Below are positions 34,600 to 45,539 of a stretch of DNA of 64,000 bases, in pieces. The number at the start of each line of letters is the position of its first letter. The first letter of the stretch is position 1. The notes beneath the pieces were generated by a model. It had not been told where the DNA came from and did no database searches. It saw only the letters and a list, made by a program, of their open reading frames with translations. Origin of the DNA: Oscillospiraceae bacterium (GTDB lineage Bacteria > Bacillota > Clostridia > Oscillospirales > Ruminococcaceae); contig SFFD01000005.1 in the NCBI GenBank assembly GCA_004556975.1, forward strand, positions 2,429 to 66,428. Direction: 5' to 3'. A program made the position numbers and the translations under genes.

Positions 34600-36123
34600 T
34601 TATTCCGAAAGTCCCTGCGGCGAAAGCTTGAGCACGCGAGTGCTTACCTCCGCAATGTATTTGCGGTCGTGAGAAACACTGATTATAGTGCCGCCAAAGC
34701 TTTTGAGCACAAAGCGGACCTCCGGTCCGGAAAGGGGAGAAAGATTGCGTGTGGGCTCGTCAAGAATAAGCACGTTGTAATCGCCGAGCGCAAACTGCGC
34801 AAAGAATATTTTCGCCTTTTGCCCGCCGGAAAGCTCCGAAATCGGGTGCTCCGTTTCCGCCCTTGTAAAGCGCATACTGCCAAGATAGGAACGCACTTTT
34901 GTGCGTTCTTCACCGCTGCCGCCGCGGCACAAAAATTCCGTAGGAGTTTTTTCCTGCGGCAGCAAATCCGCATAATTCTGCGGCATATACGCCGCGCGTA
35001 TATCTTTGCGCGGCAGCAGCTCTGCGGCAATAAGCCGCAGCAGGGTAGTTTTGCCCACGCCGTTCTTTCCCGTTATGCAAAGGTGCTCGCCGCCGTGCAC
35101 CTCAAGCTGAATATTTTCTGCGAGTACTCGGCCGCCGGCTTTAAGCACGGGCAGCTCCAGCTTGAGCACGGTCTTGCCGGGCGGCAGGGCGGCGCTTTCG
35201 CCAAAGCGAAGAAAAATTGCGTCCTCCTGCTCCGGGAATGCGGTAAGCTGTTCCTTTTCTTTTTCAAAGCGCCGCCCCATGGATTGCACCGTGTGCATCT
35301 TTTTCTTCAGCATTGCGCCGCCGTGCGGGTCGCCGCGGCTGACGGAGCTTTGGTCATGCTCAACCTTGTCGCGAATGCGGCGAAAACGTTCCATTTTTTC
35401 GTTGAAATCCCGGCGGTCGCTCTGCGCCATCTGCTCCTGGTGCTCAAAAAGCTCTGCACGGCAACGCACATATTCGCTGTATGAAAGCCGAAACGCAGCA
35501 GCCCGCGGTACGCTCTTTTTGCGGAGCTGTTCCATGTGGATTATTGCGGTGGCGGTGTTCTCAAGCAGAGTTTCATCGTGAGAAATATATAAAATTGCAA
35601 GTTTACAGCCGTTTATAAACCGCTCCAGCCACTCAAGCGTTTCTATGTCTATGTCGTTGGACGGTTCGTCAAGCAGCAGCACGTCCGGCTTCTTGCAAAG
35701 CGCCGCCAAAAGCGAAAGCTTTACCTTTTCTCCGCCGGAAAATGCGCCCATGCGCTGCTCGCTCCAGCAGCGCTCGTACTCAATTCCAAGCTCCCGGCAG
35801 AGCGCCGCGCCCTCATCATAGGGCAGGTCGAAAAAGCCCTTTTCCGTCAAAAATTCCGCAGCCGAAAGCGCTTTTTCCGCCTCCGGCAGCTCCTGGGGAA
35901 GATAGCCGAAAACCGTGCTTTCCGTGATGATTTCGCCGGAATATTCGGCGTAATCCTCCACCAGCGCCGGGTTATAAAGCAGCTTGAGCAGGGTGGATTT
36001 TCCGTTGCCCTCCTCGCCGATGAGGGCAGCCTTTTCGCCGTCGCGAAGCACGAAGGAAAAATCCTTCAGCAGCGCGCGCAAATCTTTTTTATGATAAATT
36101 GTAAGGTTTTTTATTTGAAGCAT
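34600..36123 (-). CDS. ABC-F family ATPase (two NBDs, no TM domain); possibly a ribosome-protection (ARE-like) type
   Basis: Two Walker A motifs (GEEGNGKST, GKNGVGKTT) and two signatures (FSGGEKVK, LSGGQKAK). The basic interdomain linker is RRDFNEKMERFRRIRDKVEHDQ. The ATG at 36123 lies 6 nt after AAGGAGA. The leader contains an attenuator. Confidence 0.8.
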   Translation of the reverse strand: MLQIKNLTIYHKKDLRALLKDFSFVLRDGEKAALIGEEGNGKSTLLKLLYNPALVEDYAEYSGEIITESTVFGYLPQELPEAEKALSAAEFLTEKGFFDLPYDEGAALCRELGIEYERCWSEQRMGAFSGGEKVKLSLLAALCKKPDVLLLDEPSNDIDIETLEWLERFINGCKLAILYISHDETLLENTATAIIHMEQLRKKSVPRAAAFRLSYSEYVRCRAELFEHQEQMAQSDRRDFNEKMERFRRIRDKVEHDQSSVSRGDPHGGAMLKKKMHTVQSMGRRFEKEKEQLTAFPEQEDAIFLRFGESAALPPGKTVLKLELPVLKAGGRVLAENIQLEVHGGEHLCITGKNGVGKTTLLRLIAAELLPRKDIRAAYMPQNYADLLPQEKTPTEFLCRGGSGEERTKVRSYLGSMRFTRAETEHPISELSGGQKAKIFFAQFALGDYNVLILDEPTRNLSPLSGPEVRFVLKSFGGTIISVSHDRKYIAEVSTRVLKLSPQGLSE

Positions 36124-36141
36124 GGGCATTCTCCTTTGCAT

Positions 36142-36176
36142 AAAAAATCCGCCTTCGGCAAAAATCCGAACGCGGA
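36142..36176 (-). terminator. Leader terminator (attenuator) immediately upstream of the ABC-F RBS
   Basis: Minus-strand TCCGCGTTCGG-ATTTTTG-CCGAAGGCGGA (11-bp stem, one mismatch) followed by T6. Confidence 0.7.
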
Positions 36177-36317
36177 GCATGGCAATGCGCAGCAAAATAA
36201 AAAGCGGGCGCAAAAAATGCCGCAATCCGCGTTTTTGCCGTAACCGAACAGGGGCACCTGCATTTAACAGAGCCGCCGAAGACTTAAAATAAGTTCGTTA
36301 CAAAGCAAAAAAGCAGA

Positions 36318-36329
36318 TTATTTGCGCAT
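36318..36329 (-). promoter_or_regulatory. Three-codon uORF (ATG CGC AAA TAA; Met-Arg-Lys) in the ABC-F leader
   Basis: Preceded by GGGTGGA at 4-nt spacing, about 45 nt downstream of the predicted transcription start. Confidence 0.4.
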
Positions 36330-36380
36330 CTTTCCACCCTTTTCAAATCAAATTCATTTGCAGAAATTTTCTGCAAACAC

Positions 36381-36409
36381 ATAATACCACACCCGGAAAT
36401 AAAAAGCAA
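36381..36409 (-). promoter_or_regulatory. Sigma-A-type promoter of the ABC-F gene
   Basis: Minus strand: TTGCTT, 17-nt spacer, TGgTATTAT (extended -10). Confidence 0.55.
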
Positions 36410-36472
36410 GTGGCGCCCGCCGGCACCTTGCCGCGGCGTGCAAATTTCCTCCGAAAAAATTAAAAAATTTTC

Positions 36473-36501
36473 TTGACAAGCGCCGTGCATAGAGTTAAAA
36501 T
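36473..36501 (+). promoter_or_regulatory. Sigma-A-type promoter of pyrG
   Basis: TTGACA, 17-nt spacer, TAAAAT. It is followed by a leader of about 200 nt. Confidence 0.6.
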
Positions 36502-36679
36502 AATTTTAGATTTGAAAAAATAATACGATAATTTCAGTGTTTTCTGATGCAGTTTTGGGGACAAGTGCCCCCTTAAGGCATCGGAAGACGCTTTTTTATT
36601 TTACGCGTATTTTTTCAGCGCCCGACGCTGCGCCCCGAAAGGGGCAACCGTAAAAAAAGTGTTTAATTTTTACATATGA

Positions 36680-38314
<1,635 letters not shown>

Positions 38315-38378
38315 TAGAGCTTGTAAATAAAAGCCTGCGGGAAAATGGCGCGGAGAGCCTTGCGGCGCGCAGCGCCGC

Positions 38379-38407
38379 CTCGGCTCCCCTTACACAGGGG
38401 AGCCGAG
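38379..38407 (+). other. 11-bp perfect hairpin CTCGGCTCCCC-TTACACA-GGGGAGCCGAG in the pyrG-purB spacer
   Basis: Seen directly. Its 3' arm is part of a 21-nt direct repeat (38393-38414 and 38440-38460). Confidence 0.7.
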
Positions 38408-38551
38408 AACCGCTTTGCAAACGCTTGCGGTGAACCTTGCACAGGAGAGCCGAGAACGCTCACCGCAGCCGCAGTGCAGCCCATCTTCACTTTTATTTGC
38501 GGCGTTTGCGCCGCACCGTTCCCCGCTAAATAATTTTTTGAGGTTTTTCGT

Positions 38552-39991
38552 ATGTCCGATCATGAATTTTATGTCAACCCACTTTGCACCCGCTATTCCG
38601 GCGAGGAAATGAAGCGCGTTTTTTCCGACAACAGCAAGTTTTCCACCTGGCGCAGGCTCTGGGTGGCTCTTGCTGAAAGTGAGCGTGAGCTTGGAATTCC
38701 CATTACCGAGGAACAGATTGCCGAAATGCGCGGGCATATAAACGATATTGACTATGCAGCCGCCGCCGCGCACGAGCACGAGGTTCGCCATGATGTTATG
38801 GCGCATGTGCTCACCTTCGGCGAATGCTGCCCCAAGGCAAAACCCATAATCCACCTCGGCGCCACCTCCTGCTATGTGGGCGATAATACCGACGTTATCC
38901 TGATGCGCGAGGCGCTGAACATTATCCGCGCCCGCCTTATTAACGTTGCGGCGGCGCTTTGCACTTTTGCCGAAGAGAACAAAAACGTACCCACCCTTGC
39001 ATATACTCATTTTCAGGCGGCGCAGCCCACCACCGTGGGCAAGCGTGCAACCCTGTGGCTTCAGGATATTCTGATGGATTTGGACAACGTGGATTTCCAG
39101 ATAAAAAGCCTCAAGCTGCTGGGCTGCAAGGGAACCACCGGAACCGGTGCGTCCTTCCTTGAGCTGTTCGACGGCGACGCCGAAAAGGTAAAGCTGCTTG
39201 AAAAGAAAATTGCCGAAAAAATGGGCTTTGAAGCCTGTTTTGCCGTAAGCGGCCAGACCTATACAAGAAAGCTTGACTTTTTTGTTTTACAGGCGCTTTC
39301 GGGTATTGCACAAAGCGCTTCCAAATTTGCGGGAGACATTCGCCTGCTTTCACACCTCAAAGAGGTTGACGAACCCTTTGAAGCAAAGCAAATTGGCTCT
39401 TCTGCCATGGCTTATAAGCGCAACCCCATGCGCAGCGAGCGTATCGCTTCGCTTTCGCGCTATGTCATCTGCGATTTGACAAATCCCGCCGTCACCGCCG
39501 CTTCACAGTGGCTGGAACGCACCCTTGACGATTCTGCCAACCGCCGTATTTCTCTGCCGGAGGCATTCCTTGCCACTGACGGAATTTTGAACCTCTATCT
39601 CAACGTAATTTCCGGTATGAAGGTTTATCCTGCCGTTATGAAAAAGCATTTGCTTGAGGAAATGCCCTTTATGGCGACGGAAAACATTCTTATGTACTGC
39701 GTTAAAAACAAGGGCGGCGACCGCCAGGCGCTGCACGAAGCCATTCGGGAACATTCCGTCAAGGCGGCGGAGCAGGTTAAGCTTTACGGAAAAGAAAACG
39801 ACCTGCTTGACCGAATAAAAGCCGACCCGGTCTTCGACCTTTCAGAAGAGGAGCTTGACTCCCTTTGCGACCCGAACACCTTTACGGGAATGGCGGCGCA
39901 GCAGACGGAAGAATATCTTGAAGGAACAGTCCGCCCCATTCTTGAAGCAAACAAAGAACTTCTCGGTGAAAAGGCCGAAGTAAATGTATAA
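38552..39991 (+). CDS. purB: Adenylosuccinate lyase
   Basis: NPLCTRYSGEEM start and the signature SSAMAYKRNPMRSE. Confidence 0.95.
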   Translation: MSDHEFYVNPLCTRYSGEEMKRVFSDNSKFSTWRRLWVALAESERELGIPITEEQIAEMRGHINDIDYAAAAAHEHEVRHDVMAHVLTFGECCPKAKPIIHLGATSCYVGDNTDVILMREALNIIRARLINVAAALCTFAEENKNVPTLAYTHFQAAQPTTVGKRATLWLQDILMDLDNVDFQIKSLKLLGCKGTTGTGASFLELFDGDAEKVKLLEKKIAEKMGFEACFAVSGQTYTRKLDFFVLQALSGIAQSASKFAGDIRLLSHLKEVDEPFEAKQIGSSAMAYKRNPMRSERIASLSRYVICDLTNPAVTAASQWLERTLDDSANRRISLPEAFLATDGILNLYLNVISGMKVYPAVMKKHLLEEMPFMATENILMYCVKNKGGDRQALHEAIREHSVKAAEQVKLYGKENDLLDRIKADPVFDLSEEELDSLCDPNTFTGMAAQQTEEYLEGTVRPILEANKELLGEKAEVNV

Positions 39992-40096
39992 GACAATAAA
40001 GGCTTTGGCAGCGCTTTGCGCCGCCGGTCTTTTAGAATAAATAATTGCGCTTACGGCGCGTGCACACTCATAACAAAAAGAAAGGAAGCATAATTT

Positions 40097-41371
40097 ATGT
40101 TGACATCCGTAGTAGGTATAAACTGGGGCGATGAAGGCAAGGGCCGAATGGTCGACCTTCTTTCTCAGAATTATGACATTGTTGTCCGTTATCAGGGCGG
40201 AAATAACGCGGGTCACACCGTGGTGAACGACAGAGGAAGATTTATTCTTAACCTTTTGCCCTCCGGAATTCTTCGCGATGAAACCGTAAACGTTCTCGGC
40301 CCCGGCATGGTAATCGATATGGAGCATCTTTATAACGAAGTTCAAAGGCTTCGCGACGCGGGTATTGAAATTACCCCCAAGCATCTTAAAATCAGCGACC
40401 GCGCTTCTATCTGCATGCCCTATCACAAGCTTCTTGACTGCCTTGAAGAGGACCGTCTCGGCGATAAAAAATTCGGTTCAACCCGCCGGGGAATTTCGCC
40501 CGCATATTCCGACAGATATATGAAAAAAGCTCTTCGCGTGGGCGAGCTGCTTCACCGCGAGCTTCTTGACGAGCGCGTTGCCGATATTGTGGAGTGGAAA
40601 AATCTGCTTGTAGAAAAAGGCTACGGTCACGAAGCTATAAAAACCGAAGATATGCTTGAATGGATTGACAAATACTGCATGCCTTTTAAAGACTATATCT
40701 GCGACACCACGCTTTATCTTGACAAAGCGGTCAAGGAAGGCAAAAACATTATGTTTGAAGCCCAGCTCGGCGCTCTTCGCGATATTGACTACGGCATTTT
40801 CCCCTATACCTCCGCTTCCTACACCATTGCTTCCTATGCGCCCATCGGCGCCGGAATTCCCGAACAGCGCCTGGATGAAATCGTCGGCATAATCAAAGCG
40901 TATTCCAGCTGTGTGGGCGAAGGTCCCTTCACCTGCGAGCTTTTCGGCGCAGAGGGCGACGCCCTTCGTGAAGCCGGCGGAGAATACGGCGCGGCAACCG
41001 GCCGTCCGCGCCGCGTAGGAGGTTTTGACGTTGTAGCGTCGCGCTATGGCGTTATGGTACAGGGCTGCACCTGCCTTGCCCTCACTAAACTGGACGTTCT
41101 TTCCTACCTTGATGAAATTCCCGTTTGCGTAGCCTATGAGGTGGAAGGCAAACGCGTGGACTATTTCCCCAAAGGAATTGAGCTTACCGAAGCAAAGCCT
41201 ATATATGAGTATGTTCCCGGCTTTAAGTGCGACATAAGCGCCTGCCGCAAGCCCGAGGATCTTCCCACAGCCGCAATGGATTACATCAAGAATATTGAAA
41301 AAGCCGTCGGCTGCCCCATAAAGTATGTTTCAGTAGGTCCCGACAGAGACCAGTATATCGAAATGTTCTGA
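40097..41371 (+). CDS. purA: Adenylosuccinate synthase
   Basis: GINWGDEGKGRMVD P-loop, QGGNNAGHTV and GTTRRGI-like motifs. Confidence 0.95.
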   Translation: MLTSVVGINWGDEGKGRMVDLLSQNYDIVVRYQGGNNAGHTVVNDRGRFILNLLPSGILRDETVNVLGPGMVIDMEHLYNEVQRLRDAGIEITPKHLKISDRASICMPYHKLLDCLEEDRLGDKKFGSTRRGISPAYSDRYMKKALRVGELLHRELLDERVADIVEWKNLLVEKGYGHEAIKTEDMLEWIDKYCMPFKDYICDTTLYLDKAVKEGKNIMFEAQLGALRDIDYGIFPYTSASYTIASYAPIGAGIPEQRLDEIVGIIKAYSSCVGEGPFTCELFGAEGDALREAGGEYGAATGRPRRVGGFDVVASRYGVMVQGCTCLALTKLDVLSYLDEIPVCVAYEVEGKRVDYFPKGIELTEAKPIYEYVPGFKCDISACRKPEDLPTAAMDYIKNIEKAVGCPIKYVSVGPDRDQYIEMF

Positions 41372-41450
41372 TTTATTCAGCAGTCAAAGCCTGCCTTTCG
41401 GATAAGGCAGGCTTTGCCGTAAAACCGTCTTTTGAAAGGAAAAAACAGAT

Positions 41451-43277
41451 ATGTGTGGAATTATCGGTTTTACCGGAAGTCACAGCGCCGTTCCGGTGAT
41501 AATTGAAGGACTTAAAAAGCTTGAATATCGCGGTTATGATTCCGCAGGAATCGCCGTTGTGGGCAGCAAGGGAATTTCTATGGTAAAAGCCTCCGGCAAA
41601 ATAGAAAATCTCTGCAAAAAAATCGAAAGCGGCGAACCGATTGAGGGCAATACCGGTATCGGCCACACCCGTTGGGCAACCCACGGTGTGCCCAACGATA
41701 TAAACGCCCACCCGCATATGAGCCCGGACGGCCGCTTTGCCATTGTGCACAACGGAATTATCGAAAACTTTGCGGAGCTTAGAAACGAGCTTGTAGACCG
41801 CGGCTGCACTTTTAAAAGCGACACCGATACCGAGGTTATAGTACATCTTCTTTCCCTCTATTACGAAGGCGACTTCAAAAAGGCAATGATGAAAACCGTC
41901 GCCCGCCTTGAGGGAACATATGCCATCGGTGCGGTGTGTTCCGAATGCCCCAACAGTATTTTTGTTACCAAGTCCTTTAACCCCATGATTTTAGGCGTAG
42001 GAATCGGCGAAAACTTTTTTGCTTCCGATGTGACCGCTCTTGTTTCTCATACAAGAAATGTAATATATCTTGAGGACGGCGAGCTTGCCGAGCTTACCCC
42101 GGACGAAATCAGCGTTTATAACGCCGCCGGCAAGCGTGTGGAAAAGACCATATCCCGCGTTATGTGGGATACCGAAGCCGCAGAAAAGGGCGGCTATGAG
42201 CATTTTATGCTCAAAGAGATTATGGAACAGCCCAACGCCCTTAAATCCGCCATTGAACCGAGAGTGAAAAACGGCATAGCCAACCTTTCGGAGCTCAACC
42301 TTTCCGATGAAGAGCTTCGCTCCATCAACCACATTGTGATTACCGCCTGCGGTTCGGCATATTACGCAGGCTGCGCCGGAAAATACGCCATAGAGAAGCT
42401 TACGCGAATTCCCGTTTCGGTAGAGCTTGCAAGCGAACTGCGCTATGACGACCCCATTGTTGACGAACATACGCTGCTTATCGTTTTAAGCCAGTCCGGC
42501 GAAACCCTTGACACAATCTGCGCCATGCGCGAAATGAAAAACCGCGGCACCCATGTGGCGGCCATAGTCAACGTAGTGGGAAGCACGATAGCAAAGCTTG
42601 CCGACAGCGTAATTTATACCTACGCCGGCCCCGAAATTGCCGTTGCCACCACAAAGGGATATACCACCCAGGTGGCGGTTCTTTACCTTTTCGCAGTACA
42701 CGCGGCGCTTGCTTTGGGCAAAATTGACGAGGGCGAGGCACGCCGCCTTACCGGAGAAATTCTGAAAATCCCCGCAAATATTCAGCGTGCATTCGACCTG
42801 AACCCCCAAATCGACGAGCTTGCGAAAAAATACTACAACAACAAATCCCTGTTCTTCATAGGCAGAAATGTTGACTATGCCGTTGCTATGGAAGGCTCGC
42901 TTAAAATGAAGGAAATCTCCTACATTCACTCCGAAGCATATGCCGCGGGCGAATTGAAGCACGGAACAATCGCGCTTATCAATGAGGGAAGCCCGGTAAT
43001 TGCCGTTGCCTGCTACCGCGAGCTTTTCGACAAGATGATGAGCAATATCAAAGAGGTAAAGGCCCGTGGGGCAGAGGTTCTCGGCGTTGCGATAGAGGAT
43101 ATGAAAAAGATTTTTTCCGAAGCGGACGATGTAATTCTTGTGCCCAAAACAGAACCTATTTTTGCCGTTACGTCAGAAATTGTTCCCCTTCAGCTTCTCG
43201 CTTATTATGTGGCAAAGGAAAACGGCTGCGATATAGATAAGCCAAGAAACCTTGCAAAATCCGTTACTGTGGAATAA
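41451..43277 (+). CDS. glmS: Glutamine--fructose-6-phosphate aminotransferase
   Basis: MCGIIGF N-terminal nucleophile, two SIS domains, C-terminal KSVTVE. Confidence 0.97.
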   Translation: MCGIIGFTGSHSAVPVIIEGLKKLEYRGYDSAGIAVVGSKGISMVKASGKIENLCKKIESGEPIEGNTGIGHTRWATHGVPNDINAHPHMSPDGRFAIVHNGIIENFAELRNELVDRGCTFKSDTDTEVIVHLLSLYYEGDFKKAMMKTVARLEGTYAIGAVCSECPNSIFVTKSFNPMILGVGIGENFFASDVTALVSHTRNVIYLEDGELAELTPDEISVYNAAGKRVEKTISRVMWDTEAAEKGGYEHFMLKEIMEQPNALKSAIEPRVKNGIANLSELNLSDEELRSINHIVITACGSAYYAGCAGKYAIEKLTRIPVSVELASELRYDDPIVDEHTLLIVLSQSGETLDTICAMREMKNRGTHVAAIVNVVGSTIAKLADSVIYTYAGPEIAVATTKGYTTQVAVLYLFAVHAALALGKIDEGEARRLTGEILKIPANIQRAFDLNPQIDELAKKYYNNKSLFFIGRNVDYAVAMEGSLKMKEISYIHSEAYAAGELKHGTIALINEGSPVIAVACYRELFDKMMSNIKEVKARGAEVLGVAIEDMKKIFSEADDVILVPKTEPIFAVTSEIVPLQLLAYYVAKENGCDIDKPRNLAKSVTVE

Positions 43278-43285
43278 AAAAGGTC

Positions 43286-43321
43286 AAAAAAGCCGTGCTC
43301 AAATTTGAGCACGGCTTTTTT
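43286..43321. terminator. Bidirectional terminator (A6-GCCGTGCTCAAA/TTTGAGCACGGC-T6)
   Basis: Perfect 24-nt palindrome between the convergent glmS and argS genes. Confidence 0.9.
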
Positions 43322-43348
43322 ATGCTTATTTTAAGGCTTAAGAAAAGC

Positions 43349-45088
43349 TTACATGCTTTCGGGAACGGTGATGTTGAGCACGGTGAGCACGTTTTTGATG
43401 GTGGTCTTTGCCGCCAGGCAAAGGGCAATTCTTGCCTGCATAAGCTTTTCGTCATCACAGCGGCAGCGGCATGCGTTATAGAATTTGTGGAATGCGGAAG
43501 CAATGTCCACGGCATATTTTGTGATGTGCGCCGGGTCATAAAGTCGTGCGGATTCCTTGATTTCGCCGGGGAATGCCGCAATGCAGGAAATAAGGGCAAG
43601 CTCTTCCGGCTCTTTAAGCACTCCGGCGGGAATTTCGCCCGCAAAGGCCACGCCTTCGGCCGCAAGGCTTTTAAGAATGGAGCATATTCTTGCGTGAGCG
43701 TACTGAACATAATAAACCGGGTTCTGGCTTGACTGCTCAACGGCAAGGTCAAGGTCGAAAATAAGGTGGGTGTTCGGCTCTCTCATATTGAAGAAGAAAC
43801 GCGCGGCGTCAATCGGCACTTCCTCAAGCAGGTCGGTGAGGGTGATTGCCTTGCCGGTACGCTTGCTCATACGAACGGGCTTGCCGTCGCGCACAAGCTC
43901 CACAAGCTGCATAAGAACAACGTCAAGCTTGTTTCCGTCAAGGCCGAGGGCGTTCATAGCACCTTTAAGACGCGCCACATGGCCGTGATGATCCGCGCCC
44001 CACACGTTTATAACTCTGTCGAAGCCGCGCTTTGCGAATTTGTTGTAGTGGTAGGCAATATCTCCGGCAAAATAGGTGGGGTTGCCGTTCTGGCGGATAA
44101 GAACGTCGTCTTTAAGCTCAAGCGCCTCAATCTGCTTGTCGGTTTTACCCTCCGACTTGAGCATTTCGGTAAGCACTTCGGCGTTTTTGTACCAAAGCGC
44201 GCCGTCCTTTTCATATGTCAGACCCTTGTCGGTAAGTATCTTTACAATTTCGTCAATGCTTCCGTCGGCATAAAGACTGCTTTCACGGAACCACACGTCA
44301 TAATCTATGCGATAGGTGTGAAGGTCGCGTTCAAGCCCTTCTACGTTGGCGGGAAGGGCATAGTCGATAAGCGCCTGACGGCGTTCTTCGGAATCTGCGT
44401 TCACATATTTGTCGCCGTTTATGTCGGCGAACTCCTTTGCGCGAACCTTGATGTCCTCGCCGTGGTAGCCGTCCTCCGGGAATTCCACCGCGTCCTCGCC
44501 GAGATAAAGCTGAAGATAGCGCGCTTCAAGGGATTTTCCGAATTTTGCTATTTGGTTACCTGCGTCGTTCACATAAAATTCCCGGGTGACATCATATCCG
44601 CACCAGGAAAGCACCTCCGCAAGTCCGTCGCCGATGGCGCCGCCTCTGGCGTTGCCCATGTGCATGGGGCCGGTGGGGTTGGCGGAAACAAATTCCACCA
44701 TGACCTTTTCGCCGTGACCGCCGTCGCTCTTGCCGTAGTCGTCTCCTTCTGAAACGGCGGCATTTACCGCCTCGGCATACCAGTGCGGCGCGTAAAACAC
44801 GTTTAAAAAGCCGGGTCCGGCAACCTCTGCCCGCTCAAAATAGCTTCCCTCAAGCTCCAAATGCGCCGCAATTGCCTCGGCAATCTGGCGGGGCGATTTA
44901 TGAAAAGCGCGGGCTGAAACCATTGCCGCGTTTGAGGCAAGGTTGCCGTTTTTGCTGTCCGCCGGAACCTCGACGATAAATTCGGGCAGTTCTCCCTCGG
45001 GAAGCTCTCCCGCGGAAACGGCAGCTTCTGCTGCCCTTTTGATAAGCTCTTTGTACTGCGCTTTGGCTTCCGCCGCTAAGTCACGCAT
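43349..45088 (-). CDS. argS: Arginine--tRNA ligase
   Basis: HMGNARGGAIGD (HIGH-type) motif and a C-terminal DALR anticodon-binding domain. The ATG at 45088 overlaps the DUF1934 stop (ATGCGTGA). Confidence 0.95.
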   Translation of the reverse strand: MRDLAAEAKAQYKELIKRAAEAAVSAGELPEGELPEFIVEVPADSKNGNLASNAAMVSARAFHKSPRQIAEAIAAHLELEGSYFERAEVAGPGFLNVFYAPHWYAEAVNAAVSEGDDYGKSDGGHGEKVMVEFVSANPTGPMHMGNARGGAIGDGLAEVLSWCGYDVTREFYVNDAGNQIAKFGKSLEARYLQLYLGEDAVEFPEDGYHGEDIKVRAKEFADINGDKYVNADSEERRQALIDYALPANVEGLERDLHTYRIDYDVWFRESSLYADGSIDEIVKILTDKGLTYEKDGALWYKNAEVLTEMLKSEGKTDKQIEALELKDDVLIRQNGNPTYFAGDIAYHYNKFAKRGFDRVINVWGADHHGHVARLKGAMNALGLDGNKLDVVLMQLVELVRDGKPVRMSKRTGKAITLTDLLEEVPIDAARFFFNMREPNTHLIFDLDLAVEQSSQNPVYYVQYAHARICSILKSLAAEGVAFAGEIPAGVLKEPEELALISCIAAFPGEIKESARLYDPAHITKYAVDIASAFHKFYNACRCRCDDEKLMQARIALCLAAKTTIKNVLTVLNITVPESM

Positions 45089-45518
45089 TACTTTCACACT
45101 CCTTGACTACAATATTTACTTCCTGCTCGCTTGCAAGCATGGCGTTTATATCCATTGAATATCTGAAATTAAGCACTCCGCCGTTATCCTCGAGCCCGTT
45201 TTCGATGGAAAGCCCCTGAATTCCCATAACCCAGTCGGAAAAACCGTTGTCATAGTGGCACTGGTGGCGCTCGCCCTTTTCTATGATAAGCTGGCTTGCG
45301 CGTTTGCCGCTGCGCGTCATGGTAACGCAGTCCGTTCCCTCAATTTTAAGCAGGGTTTTCATGGTGGGGGCAGTGTCCTCTTCGTCCATTTCTTCATAAG
45401 CAAGATAGCGGGCATTGCGCTTTTTATAATAACGTCCCTTGGTCATAAGCTCAACGGTGTCGCTTTCACCGTCTATGCTTCGGGTACCTTTGATAAAAAT
45501 AACTACATCTTTTCCCAT
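45081..45518 (-). CDS. DUF1934 (YwiB-like) beta-barrel protein
   Basis: 145-aa product, translationally coupled to argS. DUF1934-argS is a conserved Firmicute gene pair. Confidence 0.8.
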   Translation of the reverse strand: MGKDVVIFIKGTRSIDGESDTVELMTKGRYYKKRNARYLAYEEMDEEDTAPTMKTLLKIEGTDCVTMTRSGKRASQLIIEKGERHQCHYDNGFSDWVMGIQGLSIENGLEDNGGVLNFRYSMDINAMLASEQEVNIVVKECESNA

Positions 45519-45539
45519 AATATTATCCTTAAACTGATA

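Noticed and set aside
38315-38551. Purine or ZTP riboswitch in front of purB
   Set aside because: The conserved cores are absent: no guanine-riboswitch junction sequences, and only a loose CCGCCTCGG against the ZTP CCGCCTGGG.
41372-41450. glmS ribozyme upstream of glmS
   Set aside because: The purA-glmS spacer is only about 76 nt. It contains one simple hairpin (AAAGCCTGCC...GGCAGGCTTT), which is too short for the roughly 170-nt ribozyme core. I see no ribozyme here.
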